62,960 nucleotides of DNA, filler included, from Bigelowiella natans CCMP2755 (GCA_000320545.1; 7 parts of 7 records of this genome joined end to end with filler, not necessarily neighbours in it); one strand, 5' to 3'. Numbered from the whole stretch's first letter, positions 34,781 through 48,925 are shown. Made by a program: numbers and translations. Notes: generated by a model not told the origin, from the sequence alone.

Positions 34781-35295
34781 CAACATGGCAACAGTGTGCA
34801 GAGTGCATTCAACGTGCATGTGCGTGCTGTGTGTGCAGCTGGCTAGCTAGTGCGTGTTCACACATGCTAGCATGGCTTGTCGTTGATTCTTTTAGCATGG
34901 GATGTGAACTCCGTGATTGGATCATCTAGTCGCATGCGTCAATGTCAGTCTGAAGACACGTCACACGCACTATGTGCATGCGGTGTCCATGCTAGCATGG
35001 AAAAGAAACATTGAAACATTGATTGCAATTTGATGTTCAACACAATGCATGCACTGCGCTGCTGGCGTGAAGATGCGCCTACAGTTTTTTTCCCTAGCCA
35101 ACGTGTTCAATTTCCATCATCAGCAAAATTGTCACGTGTGTAGACGTATGCCATGCTCGCTTGGTTCTGATTTGCACTGTCAAAATCCGCCATCATTAGC
35201 ATCATCTAATTGACATATTACAATTTGAAGTACCATCGTAATCCCAGGGCTCTATTTCGAAGATGGAGTTCATGTGTGCTTGGTCTCGGTTTTGG

Positions 35296-38086
35296 TTAGC
35301 TACCCTCAGTTGGCTTGCCACCCTCAGTCAGACCAAGACTTTTGCAATGTTCGTTGCAAACGTGTCTGTCAAAAAAAGCTTGAATGCCAGCTTTCTTCAA
35401 ATTAGTGCTTCCGAATTCCCTCTGCTCACAGTGAATTGATGGATCAGTGAAGATGTAGCTCTCTTTTGAATCAGCACTTTCAACCGAAATTCCTTGCACA
35501 TCAGCGATCATGAGGAAACCATTTGTGAATTCATGCGACCAATGAATGAAAGCTTCGACTGTCGGATTGTTGACACTATGTTGGAAGTTGTTGGTCCATC
35601 TCTCAAAATCTCCCCCTTCAAGTAATCTTTCGAGAACCCCCACTCTCTTCCGTCCTTCCTTGTCTTTGAAATGGACGAGGCTAGTTTTTAGGTAGCGAAG
35701 CTTTATCCCCCACTCGACACTTTTTTTGCTGAACTCTCGAGCAAGAAATGCTGCAACTGTTTGCGCTTGGACGTCAAATTTAGATCTTATTTCATCATCT
35801 ATATTATCGGTGTATTTTTGGTGAACTTTTAGAACGTAGTAAATTGGTTTGTCGAAGGACACATCTGTGGCTTTGTAGGCGCTGCGGACAGCCCCACGGT
35901 CGAACTCCTCATCAGCAACTACAAATTGCCGAATCTTTTTCGAATCTTTAATGTGCATCGGATTCTTGAGGTCCTCTGCCTTTGTGGGAAAATGCAACGT
36001 TGATTTGGCCACAATCTTGGCATCGGGTTTGTCCTTCACCGTAGCTCCGATTTTTGAATCTGTACATTCAGTACCATCTGACTCTTCCTCGGTGATTGAA
36101 CCTAGTACCTTTTTGTGATACTTGGCAAGCTTTCGGACGCCATCACCATCCTTCCCCATCGAAGCACTCGAGGCAATGGTGATGGAGTCTATCGTGGTCT
36201 TCACTGCAATCTCTATGATTTCACCAGCCTCTCCTAGTTTCCGAGTAAGAATATGATCATCCTCATCTTCGCCGAGAAGCTCATTGTATCTTTTGATCAT
36301 GTTATCTGTTTCGTTACCAATTTTCAAAAAAATTATTTTGGCACCAAAACCCTTAACTAGCTTTTCGAGAACTTCCTTAGATCTCCTCCCGTCACTGTCG
36401 AAATCTTTGAAATTATCCCTCCATTGCGGCTCGAAAAAAGAACCATGGGATGGAGCATCTCCACAGAAGAATACTATCTTATTAGGAATCCTTGCCTCCC
36501 ATTTCAGATCTAACAGTGCCTGCAGCCCTCCAAAGACATCTTCGTGGTAGTCATATCCATTTTTTGTCTTCACTGCAGCAACCATTTCTGAGAATTCTTT
36601 GCTGTCCTTACTGAACGGAAACTTGTACATTCGCTCATCTCTTTGCGATTCCTTCTCCTGTTTGATTGCCACATGTAAGTGTCCTCGTATCCATGGAATG
36701 ACTCGCACGCAGCACCAAAAAACTCAAAATCAATGTAGCACTTACGCGGTAGTCGGTGTAGCCCACGAATCCGAACTGAATGTCTGCATCACGCCCAATG
36801 CATCGCAGTGCCTAAAAATAAGCAGTATACACAAACCAATATTTGTGAATTGTAGCGAGTAGGAAGAAGTTGTTGGAATCGAAAATGTTGTGTACCTCGT
36901 CCTTTATTTTTATTATGGCATCCTTGGCAGCTTCAATGTATTTCTCCATTGATAACGTGCAATCTAAAAGGAACGCGATTTGTGCCTTCCTAGCATTTTT
37001 CAGCTCTCCCAACTTCTTTTGGAGTCGTTTATTTAGTTGTCGTTCTCTCGCATACATGAATTCTTTGGTTCCTTGCAAAATGTCCTTCAATTTTTGGAGC
37101 GTGAAAAGCTTCACATCTACATCTAATGCTCCATGAGTCAGTTTGTAAATTAATTTTATAATTTTTATCTTTTCCGCTCGTTCCGGGTCAAAGGGACCCG
37201 GACCCGGCTGCGGCTTCCCTCGGTCAAGAGTGATAACCATTCCGGCAGAAGGATACTTCGATCCTTTTTTTTTATTCAATCCGAGTATCATGACTCTGAC
37301 TTTTTTCATTCTCCAATTTTTAGGAATATTACCCCTCACATTTGTGGCGCGAAACATTACACTCTCTTTTTGATCAGTTGTGATGAAGCCTGTCCCTTTT
37401 GTAAAGTCATAATTTGTGATATATCCCTTAATGCTATTATCGGGTGGTGACTTCGAAGCCTTCACTGCAGATGCGTGGAGATCTTCGTCTTTGGTGATAT
37501 AATACTCAACAGCAACTTCATCATTTTTGCTAAAGGGTCTGTAGTGGACACGAGAGTGCAAGAAGTACACTACTCTTCCGAGACCAATGTCAACAAGCCC
37601 TCCTTTCTGGCCTAATTTGATTATTGTGCCATTGCCTTTGTAGATTACCCTTTGTGGGCTTTTGCGTGGGCTTTTGCTTCGGCTTCTGCTTCGGCTTCTG
37701 CTTCGGCTTCTGCTTCGGCTTTTGCTTTCCCACGTAGATTTCCATAACTCCTCGATTTTCGCTTTCCAATATTTATTCAGAGCATCCACTGACATTCCGG
37801 GGTTTTCAGACTTAACCAGGGCCATCACTGCTTGACCTACGGACTTCGAAAATTGATAATAGCTAGGAACACTTCCACAGCTCTTCCATAACTGTCCAAT
37901 TCTCGTCATCTTGTTTTTATTCAGAACAGACCCTGACATTCCTGGGTTTTCAGACTTTACCAGGGCCATCACTGCTGGACCCACAGACTTCGAAAATTGA
38001 CCATAGCTAATATTCTTAAGTGCAGAATCGCCATGTTTGGATTCGTTGTGTTTCATGACCATACCAGCAGGAACATCAGCTGACAT
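35296..38086 (-). CDS. Alpha-kinase (eEF2K/MHCK family) with vWA domain and N-terminal 2x HMG-box-like, RS repeat and 2x cold-shock/OB domains (exons 36896-38086, 36746-36811, 35296-36657)
   Basis: vWA: FLLDCTLSM, FGFVGYTDY, EDV.GGL, GDAPSHG. Alpha-kinase: F.RGAVR.AY, YVLK, Q..A..LA.EF, LE..L.G.F..W.NN, AF.HWS......MIADVQG, FTDPSIH, G.TN....GI..FF..H.CN..C. Exons splice in frame. Confidence 0.92.
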
Positions 38087-38627
38087 GATTCTCTGATGAA
38101 TTGCGAGGTGGTGCGCAGTCACTTCGATTTTTCATTAAAGGGGTTGCTTGTCGATCAGCATCATGTTGTTTGGGAATGATTTTTCTTTGATCTGCCGAAT
38201 TTCTGGATTCTGACCCTTTTATGAGGTCGCAGCTAAAAATTAAATCTCATTTTGGTCGTAATGATTTCTCACCCCAAGAGCCCTAGATCTAATTGATCTG
38301 GATCTTTACAAACTCGGCTGAGAAGGATGATGAGGAAGAATAATCGCCAAGTGTAATCATGGAGATTCCACTTCGGCGACAATGTAACCAAGGATAGATT
38401 ACCTAGTTACCGGTTCGTACCCAGTTTCTTAGGGAAAAAGCGTGGACCTTATCCATTTTCTCCAAAAGACAACCATCCAGAATCGTCGCAGTGTATATTA
38501 AGCGACTAAAGCGATTAGGCGGGCACAGAATCCAGTCGCACATTGTAAATGTAGGGGATTCTAGGATTTCGAAGGGCTTTTTGCATTAGCCTTTTCCCGG
38601 CCGGAGACCAGAAGAGGGTTGAGGACT

Positions 38628-39244
38628 ATGGCGGTCATTCCACGCCTATGTTACTACACGAATCTCCGCGCTGGGCGAATGCTCAGCGCTGCAGGCTTTC
38701 GGAAGACAAGACACACGTCGTTTGTTCGTAGAATGTACGCTAGACTTATAGTACTTGTGCAATAATGGGGACGCTTAGACTGTACCTCCCTCCGCAGGTC
38801 GGCGCGCGTGTATGTGAAGCGAGATCCCAAGGAACAGGAGAAAATGCAGCGAAAGTTCCAACAGATCTTCGTCAGCGCAACGGCAGGGGGTAGTGATTAT
38901 CTTTAGTGACGTATTTTATTTATGTTCACTACTGCTACTACTGCTACTACTATACTACGTAACTACTCTACTACTAATAATACGGTGCAGCGGTGTTCCA
39001 GATAGCTCTAATGTGGGGAGTGTTCCACCGAATGTACTATGAGGAACCTATGACTGCTGATGAGTTGCATCAGGTTGGAGAAGAAGAAGAAGGAAGAGGA
39101 GGAGGAGGAGGAGGAGGAGGAGGAGGAGGAGGAGGAGGAGGAAGGGGTTTTGCATCGCGGAGGAAGGATGATAGCGTGGATTAATATCACACACATCCTA
39201 TTCCTATTGTGTAAAGCACACATATGAAGAGCTTATATGTACAT

Positions 39245-39284
<40 letters not shown>

Positions 39285-39655
39285 GTCCTCATAAACGCAG
39301 GCTCTAACGAAGCATCTAGAACTGAATAATAATAAATTTCCTTCAGTTATCAAAGAAGAGGTAGGTCACTAACACTTATTGGATTTACAGCAATAATAAA
39401 TCTATTTAGACAGCTCTATCGTTAAGAAACAGTTGATACTGCTTTCGTATGGTCGAAGCAATGGAAATGGATGACTTGTGGCGCATCAATGTAAATCAGG
39501 AACGACATCTGAGTTTGCACGTATTCTATAAACGCTTCTGGTCGAAGCTGACGCCAGAGGAAAGGAAAAAGCTGGAATCGCTACCTGGTAGTCGTCGTCG
39601 CAGTAGTAGTAGCAGTAGGGGTGGCGGAGGTAGTGGTTTGTTACATGAAGGGTGA
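38628..39655 (+). CDS. Small multi-exon hypothetical protein with Arg-rich (mitochondrial-like) presequence and one TM
   Basis: Exons splice as MAVIPRLCYYTNLRAGRMLSAAGFRK...|SARVYVKRD...|AVFQIALMWGVF...|ALTKHLEL...; last exon uncertain. Confidence 0.5.
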
Positions 39656-40629
39656 AGTAGCAGTAAGAGGGCTTTTTTGGTTCAAAAACAAAATGTGTTC
39701 CTATAACCATGGTAGGTTGGGTGTGGTAGGCGCCCTGTAATCTAGAGTTGGTGGCAGCCTCTTGCTGGTATCCACGAACTGTGCATGAACTGTGATGCAG
39801 TTTATCTTCAACGCCAGCGTGCAGGCTGGTTGTCTTAATTTTTACTTCCAGTCGTTGGTTAAATGAGGAAATGAAATATGTGCACACGAGCGGACAAGCG
39901 TACCGTCGTATTTGCATTCAACAGAAATGACGGTGTAAGATGCATGCATGCATGCATGTATACAGAACGCGGATCGAAAGAGCACAATTAATTACTTTTC
40001 TTACACTACCAGCTGTTTATTTGCTCTACGTCTGCCTGTATGCGCATCTTAAATAGCATCATAATAATACGTGTGTAAATAATTCTACTGCATCTAGTAT
40101 GTAGACATCTCATCGTGCATGCTCACAATTGCTGTAGCCATATATTATAGATACAACGCAAACGCGTATGTAGAGAGTTACAATGCTGATCCATGGTTAA
40201 CACCCAAGATCTATACTACCCAGACGAGACATTGCGCACGCACGATATGAAGTTCTATCTCCCCCACGTATGGCATATATAATGAATGTGAATGAAGGCA
40301 GTCGTGCAATATGCACACACAGTGTACACGTACAACAGGTATGCATGATAAATGCGCGACACATTTGTTGTGGTCTGCCATTGAACACATGCATCGTTAT
40401 CTAGCTATATGAGAATCGAAGGGCGATGTCACTAATATTTACGTGCACACAAAAGAAAACAACACCAATGGTGTAGCTATGGCATTGTCCTTACGCAGAC
40501 TTATCACTTGCGCGCACACACACACATTCCCTATACCTGCAATCGATCCATGAGTGAAGCATAACACTATTTTCTAGCTCGTATACTACTTAACATCCTC
40601 TACATGCGCGCTCTATGCCGGCAATACAG

Positions 40630-41197
40630 CAGGATGGAAGCTCAAGAGGAGGAGGGGGAGGAGGAGGAGGTTGACGATGAACGGTATCGAACCTCTAGAA
40701 TGGGTACGGCTTCCTTCACCGAGGAGAGGAGGCACATCTTGTTGCTGCGACGCGACACGTCTTCGAGGATTCTGCAGCATATACGTGCACATTAAATGAC
40801 TGCTCTCATATGAACAAGCGAATGCTAGTACATCAAATCAGCAGCAGCAGCAGCAGCAGCTGTAGCATTGTTCCCCCCCCACACCTCGCTGATCTCTTCG
40901 TGTAGTAACAATCAGCGTAATAATCACGAAAGTACGATTTATACCCTGCATCGTAGAGCTCATTCGCCATCTGGATCAGGAGGGACTGTTGGGGGAAACA
41001 AAGTAACAAACGGAGGAGGAGGAGGAGGAGGAGGAGGATTAGGAGGAGCAGGAGGAGGAATAGTGGGTCATGCTTTCTCATTGGGAGCTACAGTTTCATG
41101 CGTTCACTGCGACACTCTACCGGAAGGAAAATTGCGTCGTCAGCTGCATACCGAACCATCGACTCGGGGAGAGGCCGGATACGCCAATCAGCCTAAT

Positions 41198-41250
<53 letters not shown>

Positions 41251-42161
41251 AAATGTACACACATTTACATTGCATATATTTCCATATATAATATGAACAT
41301 TGATTGTGCATCTGTTTTTGCATGCATTTGTGATTATCGAGGTTGGTAGTAGCTCTTAACCCGTTGCAGGCGCTTATCCAATGGGGTCCCGAAGTACCTC
41401 CCAACGACATGTCCAAGTCCGTGTCGCCCAATTGTGACGACCGCCGCCCCTGATTATGAGGAGAAAAGAAGGAAAAGAAGGGAGGGGGAGATTGATATTA
41501 GTACCAGAATTGACACATGGTTTCCATTTGAATCAGCACGCCCCTCCCCCCCCCTTCACCCCCCTTCGTATTCCTTTGGTGGCACTGATATCTGGGTGTA
41601 TTCGATACTACCGCGTTGTTGTTGTTGTTGTTGCTGCTGCTGCTGCTGCTGCTTCTTATAGTAGCGAGAAAGGGCCAACGACGCCTATGAGGTTGATTTA
41701 TGGAGTGAATAAAGACAAGCAGCTACAATAAGAACCCCCATCGCAGTGGCAGCAGCAGGAAGCAGCAGCAACAACAACAACAACGCTATTGCTCTCTTTT
41801 AGCCCTTTCTCCCCTCCCCTCTCCCCCCCCCCCCCTTACCTGGTAGGTGTCAAAGAGATTCGTGACACGAATGTCGAAATCGGTCCATAGCCATCTGCAG
41901 AAGCAATGGTGCAATGCTAAGTTGATAACGAATGTGTTGTTATAAGGTATCCCCCCCCCCTCCGACTTCTCCATATCCCCACCCCCTACATAGATATGCT
42001 AGCTTGCCAGTACGGCAAAGGCGACACACAACACCATCCTTCGATTTATGTGTTTAGATCTACTTCATATCGCTCGCGCCTCCGTGTGTGATCTTCACGA
42101 CGCTCTTTGCCCGCAATATCTTTACAGTAATCATCAGGAAAGCAAAATCCATTGTTTATAA

Positions 42162-42199
<38 letters not shown>

Positions 42200-43550
42200 C
42201 TACATATTCGTTGTTGAAGTGGCACTCTAAAATCCCACTCGATAATCCACCACCACGTATCATCAAGCGACGATTCCCATCAACCTCTCACCTCATCCAG
42301 GGCTTGTTTGATATGAGGGCGGAGCTTCACAGCATCGATAACAAATGCTGACCTACACACAATTTAACATCTATTGTATTGTATACATACACGCACAAAT
42401 GAGCATGTATGCTCGAGTTTAAACGGGAAGCTCTGCTTTTAGATTTGATTGCGATTCAAAAAGAATGACGACAACTGCAGGGGAGTGGTAGAAGCAGTGG
42501 TAGTAGCAGTAGTAGCAGCAGTAGTGGTAGTAGTTAGTAGTATGAAGGAGGCTTTACTTGTAAGTCGCCAGCTGAATCAAGGATACATAGCCTACATTCT
42601 TGCTCTGCTCCAAGGCCCCGTATTCAAGATCCAGCCCTAGCACTTTTGGCAGCTGTGCTGCTGCTGCTGCTGCTGCTGCTGAAACGCCTTCAAATGGTGA
42701 TTGGGGTGGTTGTGTAGACGATGATGAGGAGGAGGATGGTGATGGTGATAATGATGATGATGATGATGATGATGATGATACTGCTGCCTTGTTATCAGTG
42801 TTTCTCCCAGCAGTAGCGTATAGAAGCTCATTCGCTAAAATCTCTGTACACTCTGCGAGCTCCTACATGTTAATCGTATTAGGTCTTGATTGGTTAAATG
42901 TGTGTGTGTGGGGGGGGGGGGGGGGGATGTTTTATCTTAAAGGTTTGCACGCATCTATGTTGACTTTGAATGAGCAGCGAAAACCGAGAGCTCATTAGTG
43001 TAGATTCTGTTGTTGCGTTGCGGGTGCTATTGTTTTTGTTCTTGCCATACCCTATTCTCTTTATTTATTTACAATATGCTGCTGTCTAGTGTTTCCGAAC
43101 GCAAACAAAGATCCCACCTCTTCTGTACTGATAAGCCTGACATTCCTTCGGTTGTGAGCTATGAGGTCTTCCAGAGCCTCCAGTATCCGCCGTTTCCGTG
43201 AATCCTCGTCCTCCTCCTCTTCTTTTACCTCATCATCAGCCTCTCCGCGTTCAGTACTGGCAGTAGTAGGCTGGTGATAATACCGAGCAGCAGACCATCC
43301 AGGAGAAATAGTGTAGGAAATGGCCGTTGTAGGTGTCCCCCAGCTCCTATTGCCATTGCTGTCGCTTTTCTTTGTGGAGAAGGAGGAGGCTGTGTTGGCA
43401 GCTGATAGAAGCCCTGCCCCCCCCACCTCTTCTTCATTCGTCCACAGAGCGATGGTCCTTGCATCAGGGTGTGGGGGAGGGCGTTGCGTGTGCGTGACAT
43501 TCCAGTCAACGTCAACGATTTTGTAAATCGGCCACAGCAATGATGAAAGA

Positions 43551-43583
<33 letters not shown>

Positions 43584-43810
43584 AAGGATGATGATGATGA
43601 TGAGGATGATGAGGATGATGAAGGAGATGGGGAGGAGGAGGAGGAGGAGGAGGAGGAGGAGGAGGAGGAGGAGTATGGCAGTATGAAAGATGGATGTTGC
43701 GACTTCGATGAGGTCATTGATGACGCCACCTGAGCATCATCCTCCTCCTCATCATCGATATCTCCAGGCTTCCTCCCAATCTTTTTCAATATCATCCAAC
43801 AACCCACTGC
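40630..43810 (-). CDS. RRP6/EXOSC10-like DEDDy 3'-5' exonuclease (multi-exon, ends approximate)
   Basis: ExoI LGLDLEY...GYVSLIQLAT (42560-42640), FVIDAVKLR, VKITHGGASDM|WLWTDFDIRVTNLFDTYQ (ExoII), ADWRIRPLPESMVRYAADD (ExoIII, ~41120-41190), RRSNKMCL. Confidence 0.85.
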
Positions 43811-45159
43811 CCCTCCTGCTGCTACGACTGCTACTGCTACTACATTTGGGCTTCGCTGCTGTTGCGGCGTATTGGGTAACTCATGGANNNNNNNNNNNNN
43901 NNNNNNNNNNNNNNNNNNNNNNNNNNNNNNNTTAATTAATTAANNNNNNNNNNNNNNNNNNNNNNNNNNNNNNNNNNNNNNNNNNNNAATTGAACTTACC
44001 GTTAGCGTGTTCATGTGTATATGGTATCTTCGTAATATGTGTGTGTGTGTCTGTGCTTTTCATCTCATCATCGATAGTTTACGATAACCAACGCCGCGTC
44101 GTCCATTGGCAAGACCCCGGGAATGCCTCTGCACGGAGGAGATGCCAAAGGTAGAGGGGCAGCAGATAAATAGATATGCTGCTAGGGTGAGTAAGAAACG
44201 AATGAGTCTCTGTGTTTCTGCCCTCCCTGCTTTGCCTGCTGCTCTAATGACTCTAATTGCCGTCCTCGTTGCCATCGTCGCGAAGCTGTAGCCGTAGTGG
44301 TGTGTGCGTGTGGGGGGGGTGGGGGTGGGGGTGGGGGGGGTAACACAACGTGGGGGACACAAATTTATACTGCTACTGCTACTGCTACTGCACGTGTAGG
44401 GGGGCATGAAAGACCTCTTCCGAATATTGCGGCGGTGTACCCGGAGGTACTACTACTACTACTACTACTACTACTATGCTGCTATACTACCTACTATATA
44501 CTACTACTTCACCACTGCATCTCCCATCATCAGCAGCACCGATGCCAGCAGCCTGTTTATTGCACAGTGGACGTCCTAATTCATCCACCCCCCCCCCCCC
44601 TTAAATCGTTCTCTGTTTCCCCTTACGACTTCACACAGGCCGGAGCGTGCTTGGAGAGTCTCGGAAGCATATCCCTGCACCTGCAAGTCAGTTAGTATTG
44701 GCGCGACAAGCAGGCCGCAACAGCAGCAGCTAGCGTAACACATGTAACATCGTCTCCCACCGATATCCTACGATGATATGATGGCTAGTGAGGTGTTTGT
44801 ATCGCGAATGGCGTCTGCTGACAAATTGTGTTGTTTTTATATTTTCATGGACCATCAGTCGCTCGTGTTCATTCCTAGCGGCAATGAGATTATAGCAGGT
44901 GGGGCCCATGCCATAAGAACTGAGGAGGGGAGGGAGATCACAACCACCACCACCACCACCATCATCATCATTACTATCTTCTTTCTCTCTCCCCCCCAAA
45001 TCAGAAATCGTATGGGGCCTATCTCTCAACGCATCGATGGCGATTGGAAAAGCCGTCACTGCTGGGTGAGACCTATTCGTAGCAGCAGTAGCAGTAGTGG
45101 CTGTCCACACAGAAAACAGAATATGTGGGAAAGGCAGCATCTCCGCACACTTTATACGT

Positions 45160-45191
<32 letters not shown>

Positions 45192-45447
45192 CCTTGCTAG
45201 TCCGAAAGTATCGATGGGTTTCTGGGCCCCGTAGCGTACGGCAGTTTACCTCATTGCAGGGCAAAAACCATCATCGCTCACGCTTGAACTGAGCATATAC
45301 GTGAATCGTAGTGAATGATCATGCATGCTCTCTTATTTTTAACAAAATGTGGTTGCACTACTCTTCTTCCGCTTTTCTTGGGCCCTTTTTATATTGGTTT
45401 GAACACCTTGGATCATGCATATATGTATATGGCTTCCCTGCATTGGC

Positions 45448-45499
<52 letters not shown>

Positions 45500-45623
45500 C
45501 CTCCCTTCTCCCTCATAACTCGTTCACCATTTTCATTGTCCTTTCATCAACTGAACGGAAGCGCAAGAAAGTGATTTATTTTCTGTGCAATCAATTTTGT
45601 TGTCAGCCTGACAAAATTTAGAT

Positions 45624-45663
<40 letters not shown>

Positions 45664-46521
45664 GCATCCTCATCTCCTCCCCCCACAACAGAATGATATA
45701 CTGACTCCCTCGCCCCGTGCATATATATAATCAAGACGAGAACCACACAATAACTGCCGAACGAAGCCATATGATGTCGTATTTCTTTCTCTGTTATACT
45801 AGGGGCAGTTCGGCAGAGGCTGTACATCAGGCTCAAATGGCGGCAGTAGCAGCTGTTACGGTGTGTGCGTCTCTCTATCTCTCTCTCTCTCTCCCTCCCT
45901 CCCTTCCCCTTCCTTACACTTCGTACTGTGTTCTTTTTGGGCACTGCCTTGTCCTACATGCGATGATGCATATACGCACACGATATGTGAGTTAAAAGTA
46001 GACAATGAGTACAAAGCTTAATTACATGCTTTTGCATGTCTAGAGCCTCGAGATCCTGGTTCGCTGGGTGTTATCGACACCTTGTCATGTGCTGCACTTC
46101 GACGTGCCACCCCCAACCTCCTCTTCCTCCTCCCCCTCTTCCGCGACGGTGGAGGGAGGGGGAAAGGGGGCCGCATCCGACATGCCGAGAAGGAATCGGA
46201 ACAATTCTTTCACCTTCCCAGATGCTAGCACAGAAAATAGCAGCAGCAGCAGCAGCAACCACCACCTCCACAGTAGTAGGAACACGCGGTATCGAAAAGG
46301 CGGCGTGTACCGCATGCCAGGCGAGCAGGTGGGGAATGGCGGCTGGAACGACGGATCGAGAGCGCACGTGTCGCAGATGGTGTTCAAGGCCGTTCAAGAA
46401 GGGCTACAGTGCGTGCACACGCGGGAGGTAGTAGTAGTTGTAGTTGTAGTAGTTGCAATGGTGGTGATGGTGGTGGTAGGTGTTAGTTGCATGTGCGCGT
46501 ATCCATCATCTATTGTGAATT

Positions 46522-46564
<43 letters not shown>

Positions 46565-48549
46565 CCTCTCTCTCACACACACTCTCGCGCCTTGTTTGTA
46601 GGTGCGGCTACACAACAACACGACGTCCCCTCCGCTCCGAAGAGCGCTCAGGACCATACAGGTGCTTCTGCTGCTGCTGCTGCTGCTCCTGCCATCATCA
46701 GGATCATCGTCATTGTTGTTGTTGTTGTTCTCACGCTATTGCTATTGTTGTTGTTGTTGTGTTGCTGCCGCTGTAAGGCTGCGGCCGAGGATTCACTAAC
46801 CCTCCTTATCAACCGTGTTGGGGTATCCTCATCATCATCATCAGCACCATCATCATCACCATTTATTTCTCTGCCTGGAATACGCACACACGCGCGCACA
46901 CGTATTTGTACAACGATGTACACGCGCTTTCCTCCTTGTCGGAATGATGACCATGAATATGACGGCAGGAGATCGCAATTCGCAATCAAAATTGCAACAA
47001 TAATCCCCCTTACCTCCCTCTCACTCACCCACCCACAACAGGCATTTCCATTGCCTACACTTGGGCCAGCCATGCTAAATACCGGTAAAGTCAATCTGCG
47101 TACACGAGGGGGGGGGGGGGGGGGATGATTTAACGATTTTGATAGAATTCAGTTCTGTTGGTTTTTATTGCGTGTTGTTGACACTGCTGCTTTGATGTTT
47201 GCTTGCAGGGACCCAAGAGGATGGTTGGAACCCACTTTCATCGCCAAGACGAAGTATATCATCGTCACAACAGCAATAACAACAATAACAACTCATCCAA
47301 TTAGCCGACCGAAGATGGGCTCACCCTAGTCATCACCGAAATCATGCCCCCATTCCCTGCAATCTCCCTCCTCTTCCTTTCTCTTCCCTTCCTCCTGCTC
47401 TCTCCTAAAAGGGTTAATGATACTGATGATGACAATCAATGATGTATCGATGATATTCAGTGAAACAACATATAAGAAAGGGCTCCATGGCCTCCAATTC
47501 CTCCAACCACACTGGTAGTAGCACATACTGCTAACCCATAGAAGCATTCATTCTTGCTTGAGCAGCTTTACAGAGCGCGAAAAAAACAGTAGTAGGGAAT
47601 CGAGGACAGAGACGATTTTCGGATGTCTTGCTTCAAGTGCCGCAGCTGTTGGGCCATACCTTGTGTGTACAAGGCGGGAGTGATGTCCGTTGTTTGCCGT
47701 GTTGCTATTTTGCCAGAGGACGACGAAGAAAGCTACTCTCAGTGTCTGATCTTCGCTTGTGAGAACAGGTGCCCCGTGAGTGCGTGCGTGGGCGCGCGGG
47801 TGTTTGCCGAGATTGTTCTTGCTACCATCATTCANNNNNNNNNNNNNNNNNNNNNNNNNNNNNNNNNNNNNNNNNNNNTTAATTAATTAANNNNNNNNNN
47901 NNNNNNNNNNNNNNNNNNNNNNNNNNNNNNNNNNATACATATACAGGTAAGTCCATGCCAGGTGTGGTTGCGCGGCTTCTCCGCCTGATGACTTTGTTAT
48001 TGCTTGGAGTAGTAGTGCTGTAGACTGTGGCATTGGACTTGGCGTGATCCTTTTTGTGCTAGTCAGCGTCATCTTGGACGTGTTCTTCTTGTGGGGGGGG
48101 GAGCAGAAAGGGGGAGAAGAGACGAAGAAGGAGAAGAAACAATGTTTCTATGATAACCATCAATGACATTTATCAACCATCAGATTGTCGTCATCATCAT
48201 CACACAAGTTCTCAAGTCAATAAAGCGGAAATATAATGTATATACTACTACTACTACTACTGCTACTGCTACTACTACCCTCCATCTAGGCCTTCGATCT
48301 TGCTGCAGTGAGACCTAATGGCAGCAGCAGCAGCAGCAGCCGATGAGCATGAATAGATTACATCAACAGAATACTCATCCTTGGTGGGTGGGTAGGCACC
48401 AAAGGTGTCTTAAGAGTCACGCTAGCATACGTTTCTATTGCGATTTCGCTCCAACGCTGTGCGTGTGTTTCATTGTTGTTGCTGTTGTTGTTGCTGATGA
48501 TGATGATGATGATGATGATGATGTTATCGTTGGTAGAAGTCTTTGGTGG

Positions 48550-48882
48550 TGTGTTAGGTTCTAACCCATACTACAAAGCAGTCTCCTGTGTTCACTCTCG
48601 ATGCATCGGTGAGTGCCATGATCGGAAGCAAACCATCCATGAATGCTGCAGGACCTCCCCCCCCCTCGCGCGTCTCAAGTGCTCGCCTCAGGAGCCTGTG
48701 CCCGATGCAATCGCTTGGAATCACGATTTTACGCCGAGGTGCATTGCGTTTTGGTGCCAAGAAGGGCTTCTCTTGAGACGAGTGGTTGGGAGATGAAGGC
48801 GATGGTGATAATGATGATGACGATGACGATGATGATGGCTTCAAGAGCTGCATCAGCGTGCTATATGTTCTATCGGAACCTG

Positions 48883-48925
<43 letters not shown>

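Noticed and set aside
43988-47330. Probable plus-strand multi-exon gene
   Set aside because: Exon-like blocks are present but no consistent model or family motif could be built.
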